Shown piece by piece: positions 9,051 to 22,540 of a stretch of DNA of 64,000 bases. Numbering within the stretch: the first letter of the stretch is position 1; each line of letters begins with the position of its first letter. The position numbers and the translations under genes were made by a program. The notes beneath the pieces were generated by a model, which was not told the DNA's origin, ran no database searches, and saw only the letters and a program-made list of their open reading frames with translations. The stretch lies in NCBI RefSeq assembly GCF_988242995.1, contig NZ_OZ547043.1. One strand, written 5' to 3'.

Positions 9051-9780
9051 AGTTCGGACCAATCACGTCAATCGCATCGGTGCAGATGCAATCCACGCCC
9101 CAGCGCAGCAACTCTGCCGCGCGCTGGGGTTTATTGACGGTATAAACCAGAATCCGTAATCCGGCGTCTTTCAACTGCATCACTCGCGCTTTATCAAGCA
9201 ACTTATGATTGAGATGAATAGAGACGCAGCCCAGCCGCGCGGTCAGTTCTCGCCAGTCGTCGCGCCACTCATCAAGCAATAAACCGCGCGGCAGTTCTGG
9301 TACTGCTTGTTGCGCGGCTTCTAAAGCATCAATCTCAAACGATGACAGCAGCGGCGGCGTCATTCCGGCCCACAGTTCGCGTGCCGCCAGCGCCACCATT
9401 TTGCCCGTTAATGGCCCGGTGCCAGTGGTGGGTTTGATTTCGATATTCGCCATCATCCCGTGTTCGCGACAGCGTTCCGCCACCTGCGAAAGCAACGGTA
9501 GCGGCTCACCTTTAAACGCTTTGCTGTACCAACTGCCTGCATCCACGCGCAGTAAATCCTGCCAGTTCAGATCGCCCGCGACGCCCCAGCCGTTGCTGGT
9601 GCGTTCAAGATTGTCGTCATGGAGCAGGAAGATCTCGCCATCTTTCGATAACTTCGCGTCAAATTCGATCATCTTATGACCGTATTTTGCCCCGACGTCG
9701 ATTGCTGCCAGGGTGTTCTCCGGGGCCAGCTTACCGCCGCCACGATGAGCGACGATGCGGGGATAAGGCCAGTTACTCAT
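9037..9780 (-). CDS. ugpQ: glycerophosphodiester phosphodiesterase (cytoplasmic)
   Basis: 247 aa, GDPD-family motifs ([17 protein letters not shown]); last gene of ugp operon. Confidence 0.95.
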
Positions 9781-10847
9781 ACTCGTTGTCCTGTTTCACC
9801 ATCAAAAAGATGCAGCTGATTTTCCGGCAGATGCAGCCACAGCGTGCTGCCTGCCGTCGGGCGCTCCTGATGCGCCAGTCGCACCACCAGCTTCTGTTCG
9901 CCCCAGCGTCCGTGCGCCAGGTTATCTGCGCCGAGGATCTCCAGCGTGTCCATCACCAGCGGTACGCCGCCTTCTGCCTGCGAGCTTAGCGCTATATGTT
10001 CCGGGCGAATGCCGAGAGTCATTTTACGCCCGGCATACTGACGGTAGCCACCGTTTAGCGGTAGCACGATACCGCCGTCCAGTTCAAAATGCGTGCCTTC
10101 ATTATTCACGCGGCCTGTCAGCAGATTCATCGCCGGACTGCCAATAAAACTCGCCACAAACAGGCTGGCGGGCTTTTCGTAGACTTCAACTGGCGTGCCA
10201 ATCTGTTCGGCAACGCCGCCGTTCATCACCATTACTCGCTGGGCGAGCGTCATCGCCTCAACCTGATCGTGAGTAACGTAGAGTGAAGTCGTTTTCAGGC
10301 GACGGTGCAGCTGTTGCAGTTCAAGACGCATCTGTACGCGCAACTTGGCATCGAGGTTAGAGAGCGGCTCATCAAACAGGAACACTGCCGGCTCACGCAC
10401 AATCGCACGCCCCATCGCCACACGCTGACGCTGACCGCCAGATAGCTCACGCGGGCGGCGCTTAAGCAGGCCGTCCAGCTCCAGAATGCGCGCCGCTTCT
10501 TTAACACGTTCGGCAATTTGTTGCTTGCCCATGCCGCGAATTTTCAGCCCCCACGCCATGTTCTCCTCTACGCTCATATGCGGATAGAGCGCGTAGTTCT
10601 GGAACACCATCGCAATCCCGCGATCTTTCGGCTCCATTTCGGTGACACGCTTGCGGTCGATCCAGATATCGCCCGTCGTTACCCGCTCCAGTCCGGCCAC
10701 CATTCGCAATAACGTCGATTTCCCGCAGCCAGACGGCCCGACCATCACGATAAATTCGCCATCCGCCACATCAAGGGTCAGCGGTTTAATGACCTGGGTT
10801 TTGCCATCCCAGCTTTTGGTTACTGCCTGTAATTTCAGTCCTGCCAT
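9777..10847 (-). CDS. ugpC: sn-glycerol-3-phosphate ABC transporter ATP-binding protein
   Basis: Start refined to MAGLKLQAV; Walker [13 protein letters not shown] signature LSGGQRQR; 356 aa. Confidence 0.95.
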   Translation of the reverse strand: MAGLKLQAVTKSWDGKTQVIKPLTLDVADGEFIVMVGPSGCGKSTLLRMVAGLERVTTGDIWIDRKRVTEMEPKDRGIAMVFQNYALYPHMSVEENMAWGLKIRGMGKQQIAERVKEAARILELDGLLKRRPRELSGGQRQRVAMGRAIVREPAVFLFDEPLSNLDAKLRVQMRLELQQLHRRLKTTSLYVTHDQVEAMTLAQRVMVMNGGVAEQIGTPVEVYEKPASLFVASFIGSPAMNLLTGRVNNEGTHFELDGGIVLPLNGGYRQYAGRKMTLGIRPEHIALSSQAEGGVPLVMDTLEILGADNLAHGRWGEQKLVVRLAHQERPTAGSTLWLHLPENQLHLFDGETGQRV

Positions 10848-10848
10848 C

Positions 10849-11694
10849 TTATTTCTCACTATCGACCAGGCCGCGCACAAAGGCACGCTGCATCACTAAA
10901 ACAATCACTACTGGTGGGATCAGGGTTAACAACATCGCCGCCATCACCGAGTTCCATTCCGTGGTGCCTTCGCCTGTGGCGATCATCCCTTTAATCCCTG
11001 CCACGGTGGTGCCGAGATCCACGTCGGTAATAATCAACAACGGCCACAAATACTGGTTCCAGCCGTAAATAAAGGTGATCACAAACAGCGCCGCCAGATT
11101 AGTTTTGGAGAGCGGAAAAACGATGTCGCAAAAGAAGCGCATTGGTGACGCACCGTCGATCCGCGCCGCTTCCACCAGCTCATCCGGCAGCGTCATAAAG
11201 AACTGGCGGAAAAGAAACGTGGCGGTCGCCGAGGCCATCAGCGGCAGCGTTAAACCGGCGTAGCTGTCGAGCATTTTCAGATTGGCGATCACTTCCACCG
11301 TCGGGAAAATACGCACTTCAACCGGCAACATCAGAGTGATAAAAATCATCCAGAAGAAGAGGTTACGTAGCGGAAAACGAAACCAGACAATGGCAAATGC
11401 CGAAAGCATCGAGACGGTAATTTTGCCGAGCGTAATGCTGAACGCCATCACAAAGCTGTTAAGCAACATCCGCCAGAAAGGCGCACTATTCGTGCCTACC
11501 CCGTTCACCCAGATGTTGTGGATGTTTTCCAGCAGATGTGTGCCGGGGATGAGCGTCATCGGCGCGGCGTAGACGGCCTGTTTATCCAGCGTCGCCGCGA
11601 CAAACGCCACGTACAGCGGGAAGAGGATCACCGCGATCCCGAGGATCAGCATGGTATGGCTGAATATCGTCAGCCACGGACGGTTCTCAATCAT
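10849..11694 (-). CDS. ugpE: sn-glycerol-3-phosphate ABC transporter permease
   Basis: 281 aa polytopic membrane protein, MalG-like; synteny in ugpBAECQ. Confidence 0.95.
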
Positions 11695-12578
11695 TGGTAA
11701 CGCACCTTGCTTTCAACATAGCGGAACTGCACCACCGTCAGCACGATGACGAGGAACATCAACACCACCGACTGCGCGGCAGACGAAGCCAGATCCAGTC
11801 CGGTAAAGCCTTCGCGGTAGATCTTATAAATCAGCGTCGTGGTAGCCTGAACCGGCCCGCCGGACGTAGCGGCGTCGATCACCGGGAAGGTGTCGAAGAA
11901 GGCGTACACCAGGTTCACCACCAGCAGGAAGAAACTCACCGGAGCGATAAGCGGCAGAGCAATCTTAAAGAAGCGGCGAATCGGGCCTGCACCGTCGATG
12001 GCTGCGGCTTCGATCAACGAACGGGGAATGGATTGCAGCGCGGCATAGAAGAACAGAAAGTTGTAGCTAATTTGCTTCCACACCGAGGCAAACACCACCA
12101 GAAACATCGCCTGACCGCTGTTTTGCGCGTGGTTCCAGTCGTAGCCGAACTCAGCGAGAAAATGGGTGATCAGCCCGCGACCAGGGTTAAACAGGAAGAT
12201 CCACAATACGGCGGCAACGGCGGGTGCCACGGCGTAAGGCAGCAGCATTAAGGTTTGATAGAAACGGCTGCCGCGCACGATGTACTCCACCAGCGCCGCG
12301 AAGAACAGCGATACCAGCAAACCGCTGACGGTGACAAAGGTGCTGAATTTTATCGTCGTCCAGAAGGAGTCGAGATAATAGCTGTCATGAAACAGCGTGA
12401 CGAAGTTATCCAGGCCGACAAACTGGCTGGAGAAACCAAATGGATCGACGCTTTGCAGCGAGTACCACAACGCTTCGCCCGCAGGCCAGATAAAAAAGAT
12501 AACGGTGATGATGAGCTGCGGCGCGACCAGCAAATAGGGCAGCCAGCGCGAGCGGAACACCGGACGGGATGATGACAT
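11691..12578 (-). CDS. ugpA: sn-glycerol-3-phosphate ABC transporter permease
   Basis: 295 aa polytopic membrane protein; 4-bp overlap with ugpE. Confidence 0.95.
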
Positions 12579-12589
12579 AGTTAAACTCT

Positions 12590-12740
12590 TCGTGTTGTGT
12601 TCCCCTCACCCCGGCCCTCTCCCCAGAGGGGCGAGGGAGAAAGGCGGTGCATACTTTCCCACCGAGCGAAGTTGCAAACCGACACGGCACCTGGATACCA
12701 CGCCGATCGGTCCCCTCTCCCTTTGGGAGAGGGTTAGGGT
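12590..12740. repeat. GC-rich palindromic intergenic repeat (boxC-like), two inverted copies
   Basis: cccctcaccccggccctctcccc...ggggcgaggg and its inverted partner gggagagggttagggtgaggg seen directly; a related copy occurs at about 30420-30490. Confidence 0.65.
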
Positions 12741-12753
12741 GAGGGTAAGAGAA

Positions 12754-14070
12754 TTAAGACTTCGTAGACTGCTCAAAGCGGCGCAGTAACTGATTCCCAC
12801 GCTCAACGGCGGTATCCAGCGCCTGCTGTGGCGTCTTCTTACCGGTCCACACGCTCTCCAGCTCTTCATCCACAATCACGCGGATCTGCGGCATGTTGCC
12901 CAGACGCAGCCCTTTGGTGAACGGCAACGGCGGCTTATTCAGCATCTGACGCGTCGCGGTATCCGCCCCTGGGTTTTTCTCATAAAAACCCTGCTCACGG
13001 GTCAGGTCATACGCCGCTTTGGTGATTGGCAGATAACCAGTTTTCTGATGCCACTCGGCAGCGTTTTCTGGCTTCGCGAGGAAGTCGAGGAACTTCGCCA
13101 CACCCGTATAAGTTTCTTTATCTTTACCCTGCATTACCCACAAGCTGGCTCCGCCGATAATGGCGTTTTGTGGCGCATCTTTCGCATCGGCGTCGTAAGG
13201 CATCATGCCTACGCCGTAGTTAAATTTGGCGTACTCGCGAATGTTGGCGAGAGAACCGGAAGAGGCGGTGGTCATCGCGCAATCACCGTTATAGAACTTC
13301 TCAGTGGATTCATCCTTACGCCCGACGTAGCTGAAATCGCCCTTCTTGTTCATCTCTTCGAGCATAGCGATGTGTTTCACCTGCTCCGGCTTGTTGAACT
13401 CCAGCACCGCGTCTGTGCCGTCAAAGCCGTTGTTTTTGCTGGCAAACGGCAGACCGTTCCAGGCGCTAAAGTTTTCCAGTTGGATCCAGCCCTGCCAGCC
13501 GCTGGCGTAGCCGCACTTCATGCCGGAGGCTTTCAGTTTTGCGGCATAGTCCGCCAGATCCTGCCAGGTTTTCGGCGGCTGTTCCGGGTCTAAACCGGCT
13601 TTCTTGAAGGCGTCTTTGTTGTAATAGAGAACGGGAGTCGAGCTGTTGAACGGCTGGGAGAGTAAGTGGCCGGTTTTGCTGTCGGAGTAGTAGCCTGAAA
13701 CCGTCGGCACAAACTGCGACTCATCGAACTGAATCCCCGCCTCTTTAAACACGTCATATACCGGTTTAATGGCTTTCGACGCCATCATGGTGGCGGTGCC
13801 AACTTCATAAACCTGCAAAATAGCAGGCGCGTTGCCGGTACGAAATGCGGCAATCCCCGCGCTTAAATTCTGTTCGTAGTTGCCTTTATAGGTCGGTACA
13901 ATTTTGTAATCCGGGTTTTCGGCGTTAAAACGTTGGGCCAGAGAATCCACCTCTTTACCCAGTTCCCCTTCCATAGAATGCCAGAACGGAATGGTCGTCA
14001 CTGCCTGTGCATTCCCCATTAACGCCAGTCCGAGCGCCAGTGCTGAAGCTGTATAATGTAACGGTTTCAT
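12754..14070 (-). CDS. ugpB: sn-glycerol-3-phosphate ABC transporter periplasmic binding protein
   Basis: 438 aa with signal peptide ([23 protein letters not shown]); first gene of ugp operon. Confidence 0.95.
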   Translation of the reverse strand: MKPLHYTASALALGLALMGNAQAVTTIPFWHSMEGELGKEVDSLAQRFNAENPDYKIVPTYKGNYEQNLSAGIAAFRTGNAPAILQVYEVGTATMMASKAIKPVYDVFKEAGIQFDESQFVPTVSGYYSDSKTGHLLSQPFNSSTPVLYYNKDAFKKAGLDPEQPPKTWQDLADYAAKLKASGMKCGYASGWQGWIQLENFSAWNGLPFASKNNGFDGTDAVLEFNKPEQVKHIAMLEEMNKKGDFSYVGRKDESTEKFYNGDCAMTTASSGSLANIREYAKFNYGVGMMPYDADAKDAPQNAIIGGASLWVMQGKDKETYTGVAKFLDFLAKPENAAEWHQKTGYLPITKAAYDLTREQGFYEKNPGADTATRQMLNKPPLPFTKGLRLGNMPQIRVIVDEELESVWTGKKTPQQALDTAVERGNQLLRRFEQSTKS

Positions 14071-14250
14071 CGTTTATCTCTCTTGTTGTACCGAATGCGC
14101 GAATTCACGCGTTTTATGCTCGCGGGGTAACATGACATGCTCGAATTACAGAAAAATAACTTTTTTGTTACATTTGAAAGATAGTAAGGTGTCAGAAAGA
14201 TGACAAGGCGGTGACGGTACGTGTGAGGGAAAATGGGAGATGGGGCACGG
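14071..14250 (-). promoter_or_regulatory. ugpB promoter region (Pho-regulated in E. coli)
   Basis: AT-rich region upstream of ugpB containing CTGTAAT/TGTCAT-like pho-box half sites; assignment from established ugp regulation, individual sites not resolved. Confidence 0.4.
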
Positions 14251-14304
14251 ATAAGCGGGAAAAATAGAAGGTCTGAATCAAACTCTACAGATTGCTCATC
14301 GTTT

Positions 14305-14410
<106 letters not shown>

Positions 14411-14467
14411 TTACATTTGTCACCTGTCTCAAAGGAGTCTTTTGACTCCTTATCAATCAACGTGTTA

Positions 14468-15181
14468 TTACCCGCCTAAATACGCACTTCTCACCGCTTC
14501 ATTCGCCAGCAGCGTATCGCCGGTATCGGAGAGCACAACATGGCCGTTTTCCAGCACGTAGCCGCGATCCGCCAGCTTTAGCGCCTGGTTGGCGTTCTGC
14601 TCGACGAGGAAGATGGTCATCCCCTGCTCGCGCAGCTGCTCGATGGTGTCGAAAATCTGCTGGATGATAATCGGCGCAAGACCGAGCGATGGCTCATCAA
14701 GCAACAATAAACGCGGGTTGCTCATCAGCGCGCGACCAATCGCCAGCATCTGCTGCTCACCGCCGGACATGGTGCCCGCCCGCTGAACACGGCGTTCATG
14801 GAGACGCGGAAACAGTTCATACACCCACTTTATGCGTTCCTGGAACTGGTCACGTTCAGCAAAAAAACCGCCCATCGCCAGGTTCTCTTCCACCGTCATC
14901 CGCGAGAAAACACGACGCCCTTCCGGGACAATCGCCACCGCTTCGCGCATGATTTTCGCCGTCTGCCAGTCGGTAATGTCTTTATCATCAAACACAATTC
15001 GCCCGCTGGTGGCGCGTGGGTCGCCGCATAACGTGCCGAGCAAGGTGGTTTTCCCCGCGCCGTTCGCGCCAATGAGGGTGACAATCTCGCCCTGATTGAT
15101 ATGCAGGCTCACCTCATGCAGCGCCTGGATTTTGCCGTAGTGGGCGCAGACTTTGTCAAAGGACAACATGACTTTTTCCAT
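14468..15181 (-). CDS. livF: branched-chain amino acid ABC transporter ATP-binding protein
   Basis: Start refined to MEKVMLSFDKV; Walker A GANGAGKTT; 237 aa. Confidence 0.95.
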   Translation of the reverse strand: MEKVMLSFDKVCAHYGKIQALHEVSLHINQGEIVTLIGANGAGKTTLLGTLCGDPRATSGRIVFDDKDITDWQTAKIMREAVAIVPEGRRVFSRMTVEENLAMGGFFAERDQFQERIKWVYELFPRLHERRVQRAGTMSGGEQQMLAIGRALMSNPRLLLLDEPSLGLAPIIIQQIFDTIEQLREQGMTIFLVEQNANQALKLADRGYVLENGHVVLSDTGDTLLANEAVRSAYLGG

Positions 15182-15182
15182 C

Positions 15183-15950
15183 TTATGCCTCACCTAAATA
15201 GGCACGGATCACGTCCGGGTTATTACGGATCTGCTCCGGCGTACCGTTTGCCAGCGGCGTCCCCTGGTTGACCACGTAAATTCTGTCTGAAATCCCCATC
15301 ACCAGCTTCATATCGTGTTCAATCAACAAGATAGTGGTGTTGTGATGGTTACGCAGTTCGGCAATCAGCTCATCCAGCTCTTTCGTCTCTTTCGGGTTAA
15401 GACCTGCTGCCGGTTCGTCGAGCATTAAAATCTCCGGCTGCGTCACCATGCAGCGGGCAATCTCCAGACGACGCTGGTCACCATAGGCCAGGTTACTCGC
15501 CTGACGGTTGGCATGTTCCAGCAAACCAATGCGCTCAAGCCAGGTAGCGGCGCGGTCGAGCGCTTCGCTCTGGGCGCGACGGAAAGAAGGCGTTTTCAAC
15601 AGGCCGGAGAACAGCCCGGTTTTCAGTTGCTGATGCTGTGCCACCAGCAGGTTTTCAATTACCGTCATTTCACGGAACAGACGCACATGCTGGAAGGTAC
15701 GCACCACGCCCATGCGGGCAATTTGCTGCCCCGGTAAACCTTCCAGATGCTGATCGCGCAGTAAAATAGTGCCGCCGGTGGGTTTATAGAATCCAGTCAG
15801 GCAGTTGAAGACCGTGGTTTTTCCGGCACCGTTAGGTCCGATTAACGAGACGATCTCCTGCGGGTACAGTTCAAGATTGACGTTGTTCACCGCCAGCAGG
15901 CCGCCGAAGCGCATCATCAGGCCGTTAACGGATAATAATGGCTGACTCAT
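15183..15950 (-). CDS. livG: branched-chain amino acid ABC transporter ATP-binding protein
   Basis: 255 aa; Walker [10 protein letters not shown]. Confidence 0.95.
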   Translation of the reverse strand: MSQPLLSVNGLMMRFGGLLAVNNVNLELYPQEIVSLIGPNGAGKTTVFNCLTGFYKPTGGTILLRDQHLEGLPGQQIARMGVVRTFQHVRLFREMTVIENLLVAQHQQLKTGLFSGLLKTPSFRRAQSEALDRAATWLERIGLLEHANRQASNLAYGDQRRLEIARCMVTQPEILMLDEPAAGLNPKETKELDELIAELRNHHNTTILLIEHDMKLVMGISDRIYVVNQGTPLANGTPEQIRNNPDVIRAYLGEA

Positions 15951-17224
15951 GCCTGCTCTCCTTTCGCTGCGCCGTTTTTCAGCTTCAGTTGCGGGCGCGT
16001 CATGGGCAGCAAGCCCTGCGGACGCCAGATCATCATCAGCACCATCAAACCACCGAGCATTAACATGCTGTATTCGTTAAAGTCGCGCATCAATTCGCGC
16101 GACACCACCAGCAGAACTGCCGCCAGAATCACTGCAAATTGCGAACCCATACCGCCGAGCACCACTATTGCCAGCACAAAGGCTGATTCGGCAAAGGTGA
16201 AGGATTCCGGGCTGACAAAGCCCTGACGCGCAGCAAACAGCGTTCCGGCAAAACCGGCAAACGCGGCGCTGATGGTAAAGGCGGTCAGCTTGATACGACG
16301 CGGGCTTAAGCCCAGCGAACGGCAGGCAATTTCGTCTTCACGCAACGCTTCCCACGCACGACCCAACGGCATCCGCAGCAGGCGGTTAATGACAAACAGG
16401 CTTAACACCACCAGCAGCAACGCCACCAGGTAGAGGAAAATGACGCGATCGGAGGGATCGTATTTCAGGCCAAAGAAATTACTGAACGTGTCCCAGCCGC
16501 CTTCACGGGCGGTACGGCTGAACTCGAGTCCGAAGAGCGTCGGTTTCGGGATCTGACTGATTCCGTTCGGGCCGCCGGTGATTTCAGTGTTATTGAGCAG
16601 CAATATGCGCACAATTTCGCCGAAACCGAGGGTAACGATCGCCAGATAGTCGCCACGTAAACGCAACACCGGGAAGCCGAGCAGGAAGCCCGCCGCCGCT
16701 GCCATTAACCCGGCAATGGGCAGACAGGTCCAGAACCCCAGACCGTAATAGTGATTGAGCAGCGCAAAGGTGTAAGCGCCGATGGCGTAAAAGCCGCCGT
16801 ATCCCAGCACCAGCAGACCAGAAAGCCCTACCACCACGTTCAGCCCGAGACCAAGAATAATGTAGATCATGGTCAGAGTGGCGATATCCACCGTCCCGCG
16901 TGAGACCATAAACGGCCACGCCACCGCAAGCACCAGCAGCGCCACGAGAAACAGCTTTTGCTTCACCGTGGAGCCATCAATGGCGGGCAGAATAAACTTC
17001 GGTCCGGAAATGCTTTTCAACCCTTTCTGGAAAGCCGGTCGCAAAAGCTGGAAGAAAAAGACCACCGCCGTGCCGATAAACACCCACTGCCAACGGACAT
17101 CCGAAGCGCTATCGACCACCAGTTTGGTGCCATCCAGCTCCAGTTGCACGCCCATAAAGACGCCAGCGAGGACAAAGAACATCGCGGCAGAAAGCAGCGC
17201 CATTGCAATATGCATCGGTTTCAT
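15947..17224 (-). CDS. livM: branched-chain amino acid ABC transporter permease
   Basis: 425 aa polytopic membrane protein; 4-bp overlaps with livG and livH. Confidence 0.95.
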   Translation of the reverse strand: MKPMHIAMALLSAAMFFVLAGVFMGVQLELDGTKLVVDSASDVRWQWVFIGTAVVFFFQLLRPAFQKGLKSISGPKFILPAIDGSTVKQKLFLVALLVLAVAWPFMVSRGTVDIATLTMIYIILGLGLNVVVGLSGLLVLGYGGFYAIGAYTFALLNHYYGLGFWTCLPIAGLMAAAAGFLLGFPVLRLRGDYLAIVTLGFGEIVRILLLNNTEITGGPNGISQIPKPTLFGLEFSRTAREGGWDTFSNFFGLKYDPSDRVIFLYLVALLLVVLSLFVINRLLRMPLGRAWEALREDEIACRSLGLSPRRIKLTAFTISAAFAGFAGTLFAARQGFVSPESFTFAESAFVLAIVVLGGMGSQFAVILAAVLLVVSRELMRDFNEYSMLMLGGLMVLMMIWRPQGLLPMTRPQLKLKNGAAKGEQA

Positions 17225-18147
17225 ACTTTCTCTACCTCCGGGCGACCCAGAATACCGGTCGGCATCACCAGCAACACCAGAATCAGCAGGGCGAATGAGA
17301 CCACATCTTTATATTCCGTACTCAGATAGGCAGAAGAGAGCGCCTCCGCAATCCCCAGAATCAGGCCGCCAATCATCGCTCCCGGAATGCTGCCAATCCC
17401 ACCGAGCACCGCAGCGGTAAAGGCTTTCATCCCGGCCATAAAGCCGATGTAGGGGTTAATGACGCCGTAGAACTGACCGAGCAGCACACCCGCCACCGCC
17501 GCCATCGCCGCGCCAATCACAAAGGTCAGCGCAATCACCCGGTCGGTGTTAATGCCAAGCAGACTCGCCATTTTCAGATCTTCCGCGCAGGCACGGCAGG
17601 CGCGCCCCATGCGGGAATAGCGAATGAAAATCGTCAGCGCCAGCATGGCAAGGAAGGTGACAATCCAGATCACCGCCTGCATGGTAGTAATAGAGGCAGA
17701 GAAGTTTTCGCTATGGCCCACCACCCACTGACCGTTAAACAGGCTCGGCAGCGCCACGTCGCGCGAACCTTCAGTCAGGCTAACGTAGTTTTGCAGGAAG
17801 ATGGACATACCGATTGCCGAGATGAGCGCAATCAGGCGCTTAGAGTTACGCACCGGGCGATAGGCTACCCGTTCGATACTCCAGCCGTAGGCGCTGGCAA
17901 TGACGATTGCGCCGACGAATCCCGCCGCCACCAGCAGCCAGCCGGTATCAATGCCCATCATCATCAGTGCGGCGATGATCATAAAGGAGACATAGCTACC
18001 AATCATATAAACCTCGCCGTGGGCGAAGTTGATCATGCCGATAATGCCGTAAACCATGGTGTAGCCGATGGCTATCAGCGCGTAGGTACTGCCCAGCGTG
18101 ACGCCGTTAAACATCTGCTGCAAGAAATACAAAAACTGCTCAGACAT
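17221..18147 (-). CDS. livH: branched-chain amino acid ABC transporter permease
   Basis: 308 aa polytopic membrane protein. Confidence 0.95.
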   Translation of the reverse strand: MSEQFLYFLQQMFNGVTLGSTYALIAIGYTMVYGIIGMINFAHGEVYMIGSYVSFMIIAALMMMGIDTGWLLVAAGFVGAIVIASAYGWSIERVAYRPVRNSKRLIALISAIGMSIFLQNYVSLTEGSRDVALPSLFNGQWVVGHSENFSASITTMQAVIWIVTFLAMLALTIFIRYSRMGRACRACAEDLKMASLLGINTDRVIALTFVIGAAMAAVAGVLLGQFYGVINPYIGFMAGMKAFTAAVLGGIGSIPGAMIGGLILGIAEALSSAYLSTEYKDVVSFALLILVLLVMPTGILGRPEVEKV

Positions 18148-18194
18148 AAGGTAACCTTTCTAAACCCGCCCGCATTTTACGGGCGGTGGGATGA

Positions 18195-19304
18195 TCACTT
18201 GGCTGCCGTGGATGAACCGTCGGCGTGCCACTGGAAGACACCAAAATCAAATCCCTTAAGATCGCCTTTTTCATCCCAGTTCAGCGGCCCAATCACGGTG
18301 TTTGCACCGTTAGCTTTTAAATCTTTCACCAGCGCCAGCGGCTCATCGCTGCCGGTACGCTCAAGGGCAGTCGCCAGAGATTGCACCGCCGCGTAGGTGA
18401 TCCAGACATAAGGCCCGGACGGATCTTTCTTGTCTGCTTTCAGCGCATCAACGATGCCTTTGTTTGCCGGATCCTGGTCATAGCGTTTTGGCATGGTGAC
18501 CAACATGCCTTCGGCAGCATCGCCAGCAATATTCGACAGCGACGCATTACCCACACCTTCCGGCCCCATAAATTGGGTTTTCAGGCCGACAGAACGGGCC
18601 TGGCGCAGCATCTGCCCCATTTCCGGGTAGTAACCGCCGTAGTAAACGAAGTCGATATTTTCTTTTTTCAGGCGGGCGATCAGCGCGGAGAAATCTTTCT
18701 CGCCAGCGGTGATGCCGTCGAAGAAGACGACGTTGGCGTTAGCCGCTTTCAGCCCGTCCTGCACCGAACGTGCCAGCCCTTCGCCATACTGTTGTTTGTC
18801 ATGAATGATGGCGATGCGCTGGGGCTTCACCGTCTCAAGAATGTATTTTGCCGCCGTTGGCCCCTGGGAAGAGTCCAGCCCGGCAGTACGCATGATGTAT
18901 TGATAACCGCGTTGGGTCAGCTCCGGGTTGGTCGCTCCCGGCGAGATCATCAGAATACCTTCGTCTTCGTAGATATCTGATGCAGGTTGGGTAGAGGAGG
19001 AACACAAGTGCCCAATAACGTATTTAATGCCGTCGTTAACGATTTTGTTGGCGACCGCAACGGCTTGTTTCGGGTCGCAGGCGTCGTCATATTCCACGCC
19101 AACCAGCTTATCGCCTTTAATTCCCCCTTTGGCATTAATGTCTTTAATCGCCTGACGCGCGCCGTTAAATTCCATATCGCCCCACTGGGCAATCGGGCCG
19201 GACATCGCGCCGACAACGGCGACTTTAATATCGTCAGCCATAGCGGTGTGTGAAATTGCCAGTGCAATCATCCCTGCGATGATAGGTTTCGCATTCCGTT
19301 TCAT
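18195..19304 (-). CDS. livK: leucine-specific periplasmic binding protein
   Basis: Start refined to [23 protein letters not shown] (signal peptide); 369 aa; close paralog of livJ at 20311-21414. Confidence 0.93.
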   Translation of the reverse strand: MKRNAKPIIAGMIALAISHTAMADDIKVAVVGAMSGPIAQWGDMEFNGARQAIKDINAKGGIKGDKLVGVEYDDACDPKQAVAVANKIVNDGIKYVIGHLCSSSTQPASDIYEDEGILMISPGATNPELTQRGYQYIMRTAGLDSSQGPTAAKYILETVKPQRIAIIHDKQQYGEGLARSVQDGLKAANANVVFFDGITAGEKDFSALIARLKKENIDFVYYGGYYPEMGQMLRQARSVGLKTQFMGPEGVGNASLSNIAGDAAEGMLVTMPKRYDQDPANKGIVDALKADKKDPSGPYVWITYAAVQSLATALERTGSDEPLALVKDLKANGANTVIGPLNWDEKGDLKGFDFGVFQWHADGSSTAAK

Positions 19305-19727
19305 AGTCAAAAATCCCCATTCGTGATGTTGTGTTGCTTTGTTTTTATGTGTTAACAAATCAGACTGTTCTTTTTTTATACTGCACTGTTTTTGCCTGTC
19401 TGATTAAGGGTTTAGCGCAGTATTTTGTGATAATAGCGATTAAAATCCCTATTTTTCAGTCGATTAAGAACAGATAATATTCTGCATTTATTGATAGATA
19501 AACAGAAAAAAGTGCCGTTGTCAGCATAAAATAACGGCACAAAGGACGGAATAATTCACTACCATTCAGGGGATTATGCTGGGTATTTTTCATTCTCTAA
19601 TGTTTTAACTTTGTAATTATTGCTGTTAAAAAATTAATCACCTGCCAAAAGAAATAAAAAAGAGAAAGCCTCCGATTAAATTATTTCGCTACACTGGTTC
19701 CACTTTTGTGATTTACACGGGTTCCCC

Positions 19728-20111
19728 ATGAAGCTGACCATCATTCGATTAGAAAACTTTAGCGACCAGGACCGGATTGACCTGCAAAAGATCTGGCCGG
19801 AGTATTCCCCTTCCTCGTTACAGGTTGACGATAACCACCGTATCTACGCCGCGCGTTTTAACGAGCGCCTGCTCGCGGCCGTGCGGGTAACCTTAAGCGG
19901 CACGGAGGGCGCACTGGATTCCCTGCGCGTGCGGGAAGTCACCCGCCGTCGCGGTGTGGGGCAATATCTGCTGGAAGAGGTTTTGCGTAACAATCCTGGC
20001 GTTTCATGCTGGTGGATGGCGGATGCTGGCGTGGAAGATCGCGGCGTGATGGCGACGTTTATGCAGGCATTGGGGTTTACGGCACAAAAGGGCGGCTGGG
20101 AGAAGCGTTAA
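19728..20111 (+). CDS. panZ: PanD maturation factor (GNAT-like)
   Basis: 127 aa ORF between livK and livJ, matches remembered YhhK/PanZ (MKLTIIRLENFSDQDRIDL). Confidence 0.88.
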   Translation: MKLTIIRLENFSDQDRIDLQKIWPEYSPSSLQVDDNHRIYAARFNERLLAAVRVTLSGTEGALDSLRVREVTRRRGVGQYLLEEVLRNNPGVSCWWMADAGVEDRGVMATFMQALGFTAQKGGWEKR

Positions 20112-20152
20112 TCGTAAAGTTTGATTTCAAAAGTGATGACCAACGAGAAATT

Positions 20153-20252
<100 letters not shown>

Positions 20253-20310
20253 TGAAGCAACGTACTCGATATTAGCAATTTGGCGGCAACCCAAAGTTGC
20301 CGATTAATGA

Positions 20311-21414
20311 TTACTTCGCATCGGTCGCCGTGCCGTTGGCGTGCCAGTCAAATACGCCGAACTCAAAGCCTTTCAGATCGCCTTTCTCATCCCAGGTCAG
20401 CGGTCCCATCACGGTATCCACGGAGTTCGCTTTCAGGTATTTGGCGATTTCTGCCGGATCGTCAGACTGATTCAGGCCCGCCTGCAAAGATTGCAGCGCG
20501 GCGTAGGTGGTCCAAACGAATGCGCCGCTTGGGTCCTGTTTTTTCGCTTTGATCGCATCAACAATGGGTTTGTTCGCCGGAACCTGATCGTAGTTCTTCG
20601 GCTTGGTCACCAGCAGTCCTTCCGCTGATTCACCCGCAATGTTAGACAGCGAGACGTTAGCCACGCCTTCCGGCCCCATAAACTGAGTTTTCAGCCCTGC
20701 CGCGCGTGCCTGACGCAGGATTTGCCCCATTTCCGGGTGATAACCGCCGTAGTAAACGAAGTCGATATTCTCTTTTTTCAGACGCGCCACCAGCGTTGAG
20801 AAATCTTTTTCCCCAGCGGTGATACCATCAAAGAACACCACGTTAGCATTGCCTTTCTTCAGGCCGTCCTGCACCGCACGCGCCAGACCTTCGCCGTACT
20901 GCTGTTTGTCGTGGACGATAGCAATACGCTGCGGTTTCACTTTCTCAAGAATATATTTCGCCGCCGTCGGCCCCTGGTCGGAGTCCAGGCCGGTAGTGCG
21001 CAGGATCAGCTGATAGCCACGAGCGGTCAGCTCTGGCGCGGTTGCCGCTGGGGTGATCATTAAAATGCCTTCATCTTCATAGATGTCTGACGCTGGCTGC
21101 GTTGATGAAGAACAGAGGTGACCAATCACATATTTAATGCCGTCGTTAACGACTTTGTTCGCCACCGCAACCGCCTGTTTCGGGTCACAGGCATCGTCAT
21201 ATTTCACGATTTGCAGTTTGTTGCCTTTGATACCACCTTTAGCATTGATATCCGCAACCGCCTGCTCAGCACCAGTAAACTCCTGGTCACCGTACTGGGC
21301 CACCGGACCGGACATTGCGCCCACGACTGCAACTTTAATATCTTCTGCCAGAGCCATATTGCTGAATGCCAGCGCGATACATCCTGCCAGTAACGCTTTA
21401 CCCTTCATGTTCAT
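20311..21414 (-). CDS. livJ: Leu/Ile/Val periplasmic binding protein
   Basis: Start refined to [16 protein letters not shown] (signal peptide); 367 aa. Confidence 0.93.
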   Translation of the reverse strand: MNMKGKALLAGCIALAFSNMALAEDIKVAVVGAMSGPVAQYGDQEFTGAEQAVADINAKGGIKGNKLQIVKYDDACDPKQAVAVANKVVNDGIKYVIGHLCSSSTQPASDIYEDEGILMITPAATAPELTARGYQLILRTTGLDSDQGPTAAKYILEKVKPQRIAIVHDKQQYGEGLARAVQDGLKKGNANVVFFDGITAGEKDFSTLVARLKKENIDFVYYGGYHPEMGQILRQARAAGLKTQFMGPEGVANVSLSNIAGESAEGLLVTKPKNYDQVPANKPIVDAIKAKKQDPSGAFVWTTYAALQSLQAGLNQSDDPAEIAKYLKANSVDTVMGPLTWDEKGDLKGFEFGVFDWHANGTATDAK

Positions 21415-21685
21415 CCTGAGGTTCCCCATTCTTCTGGTTATTACGTGTGTTGTGATGTTGTTGTTCAGCACTTTATTTCGTTTTATGCATGACTACCCGT
21501 GCTTTAGCAGCATACTCTGCTAAAACATACCCGATTTTTATGATATTGGAATAGCTATTTTGACAGTTTATTAACAATCTGCGTGGGGATTGGCGTTTTG
21601 CCGGAGGGGGAAACTGATTATTGCAGAGGCCCAAAAAACAAAAACCCCGGATTCTCATCCAGGGTTCTCTGCTGAGTAGCGGAAA

Positions 21686-22540
21686 TTACGCTTCAATGGC
21701 AGCGCGAAGTTTTTTCATCGCGTTCTTTTCCAGCTGGCGCACACGCTCAGCGGAAACACCGTAACGGTCAGCCAGTTCCTGCAACGTGGACTTGTTGTCT
21801 TCATCCAGCCAGCGCGCGCGGATGATATCCTGGCTACGCTCGTCCAGACCTTGCATCGCGTCGGTCAGACGGTTTGCCGCCTGCTCTTCCCAGTTATCAT
21901 CTTCGATGCCGTCAGCAAAGTTAGATGATTTATCCTGCAGATAGAGCACCGGAGCCATCGGCTGGCTGTCGGAATCGTCGTCGGAAGACAGGTCAAAGGT
22001 CATGTCCTGTGCCGCCATACGCGACTCCATCTCACGTACGTCTTTGCTGGTTACGCCCAGTTCACGGGCCACCATTTCAACTTCATCCTGATTAAACCAG
22101 CCCAGACGCTGCTTGGTTTTACGCAGGTTGAAGAACAGTTTGCGCTGCGCTTTGGTGGTCGCAACTTTGACGATACGCCAGTTACGCAGAACGTATTCGT
22201 GGATCTCTGCTTTGATCCAGTGGACGGCGAAGGAGACCAGGCGCACACCCACTTCCGGGTTAAAACGGCGCACTGCTTTCATCAGGCCGATGTTACCTTC
22301 CTGAATCAAATCCGCCTGTGGCAGGCCATAGCCCGCATAATTACGAGCAATATGAACAACAAACCGCAGGTGAGACAGGATCAGCGTTTTAGCTGCTTCC
22401 AGATCGCCATGGTAATGCAGCTTTTCAGCCAGCGCCCGCTCCTCGTCAGCCGACAACATCGGCCACGCGTTAGCTGCCCGGATGTAAGAATCCAGGTTGC
22501 CAACTGGGGCTAAAGCTAAACTTTGCATTTTGTCAGTCAT
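21686..22540 (-). CDS. rpoH: RNA polymerase heat-shock sigma factor sigma-32
   Basis: 284 aa; sigma-70 family regions; full-length match to remembered RpoH ([24 protein letters not shown]). Confidence 0.97.
   Translation of the reverse strand: MTDKMQSLALAPVGNLDSYIRAANAWPMLSADEERALAEKLHYHGDLEAAKTLILSHLRFVVHIARNYAGYGLPQADLIQEGNIGLMKAVRRFNPEVGVRLVSFAVHWIKAEIHEYVLRNWRIVKVATTKAQRKLFFNLRKTKQRLGWFNQDEVEMVARELGVTSKDVREMESRMAAQDMTFDLSSDDDSDSQPMAPVLYLQDKSSNFADGIEDDNWEEQAANRLTDAMQGLDERSQDIIRARWLDEDNKSTLQELADRYGVSAERVRQLEKNAMKKLRAAIEA

Noticed and set aside
12592-12875. Short ORFs (65-89 aa) overlapping the boxC-like repeats
   Set aside because: Frames are generated by the GC-rich palindromes themselves and overlap ugpB; no start-site context.
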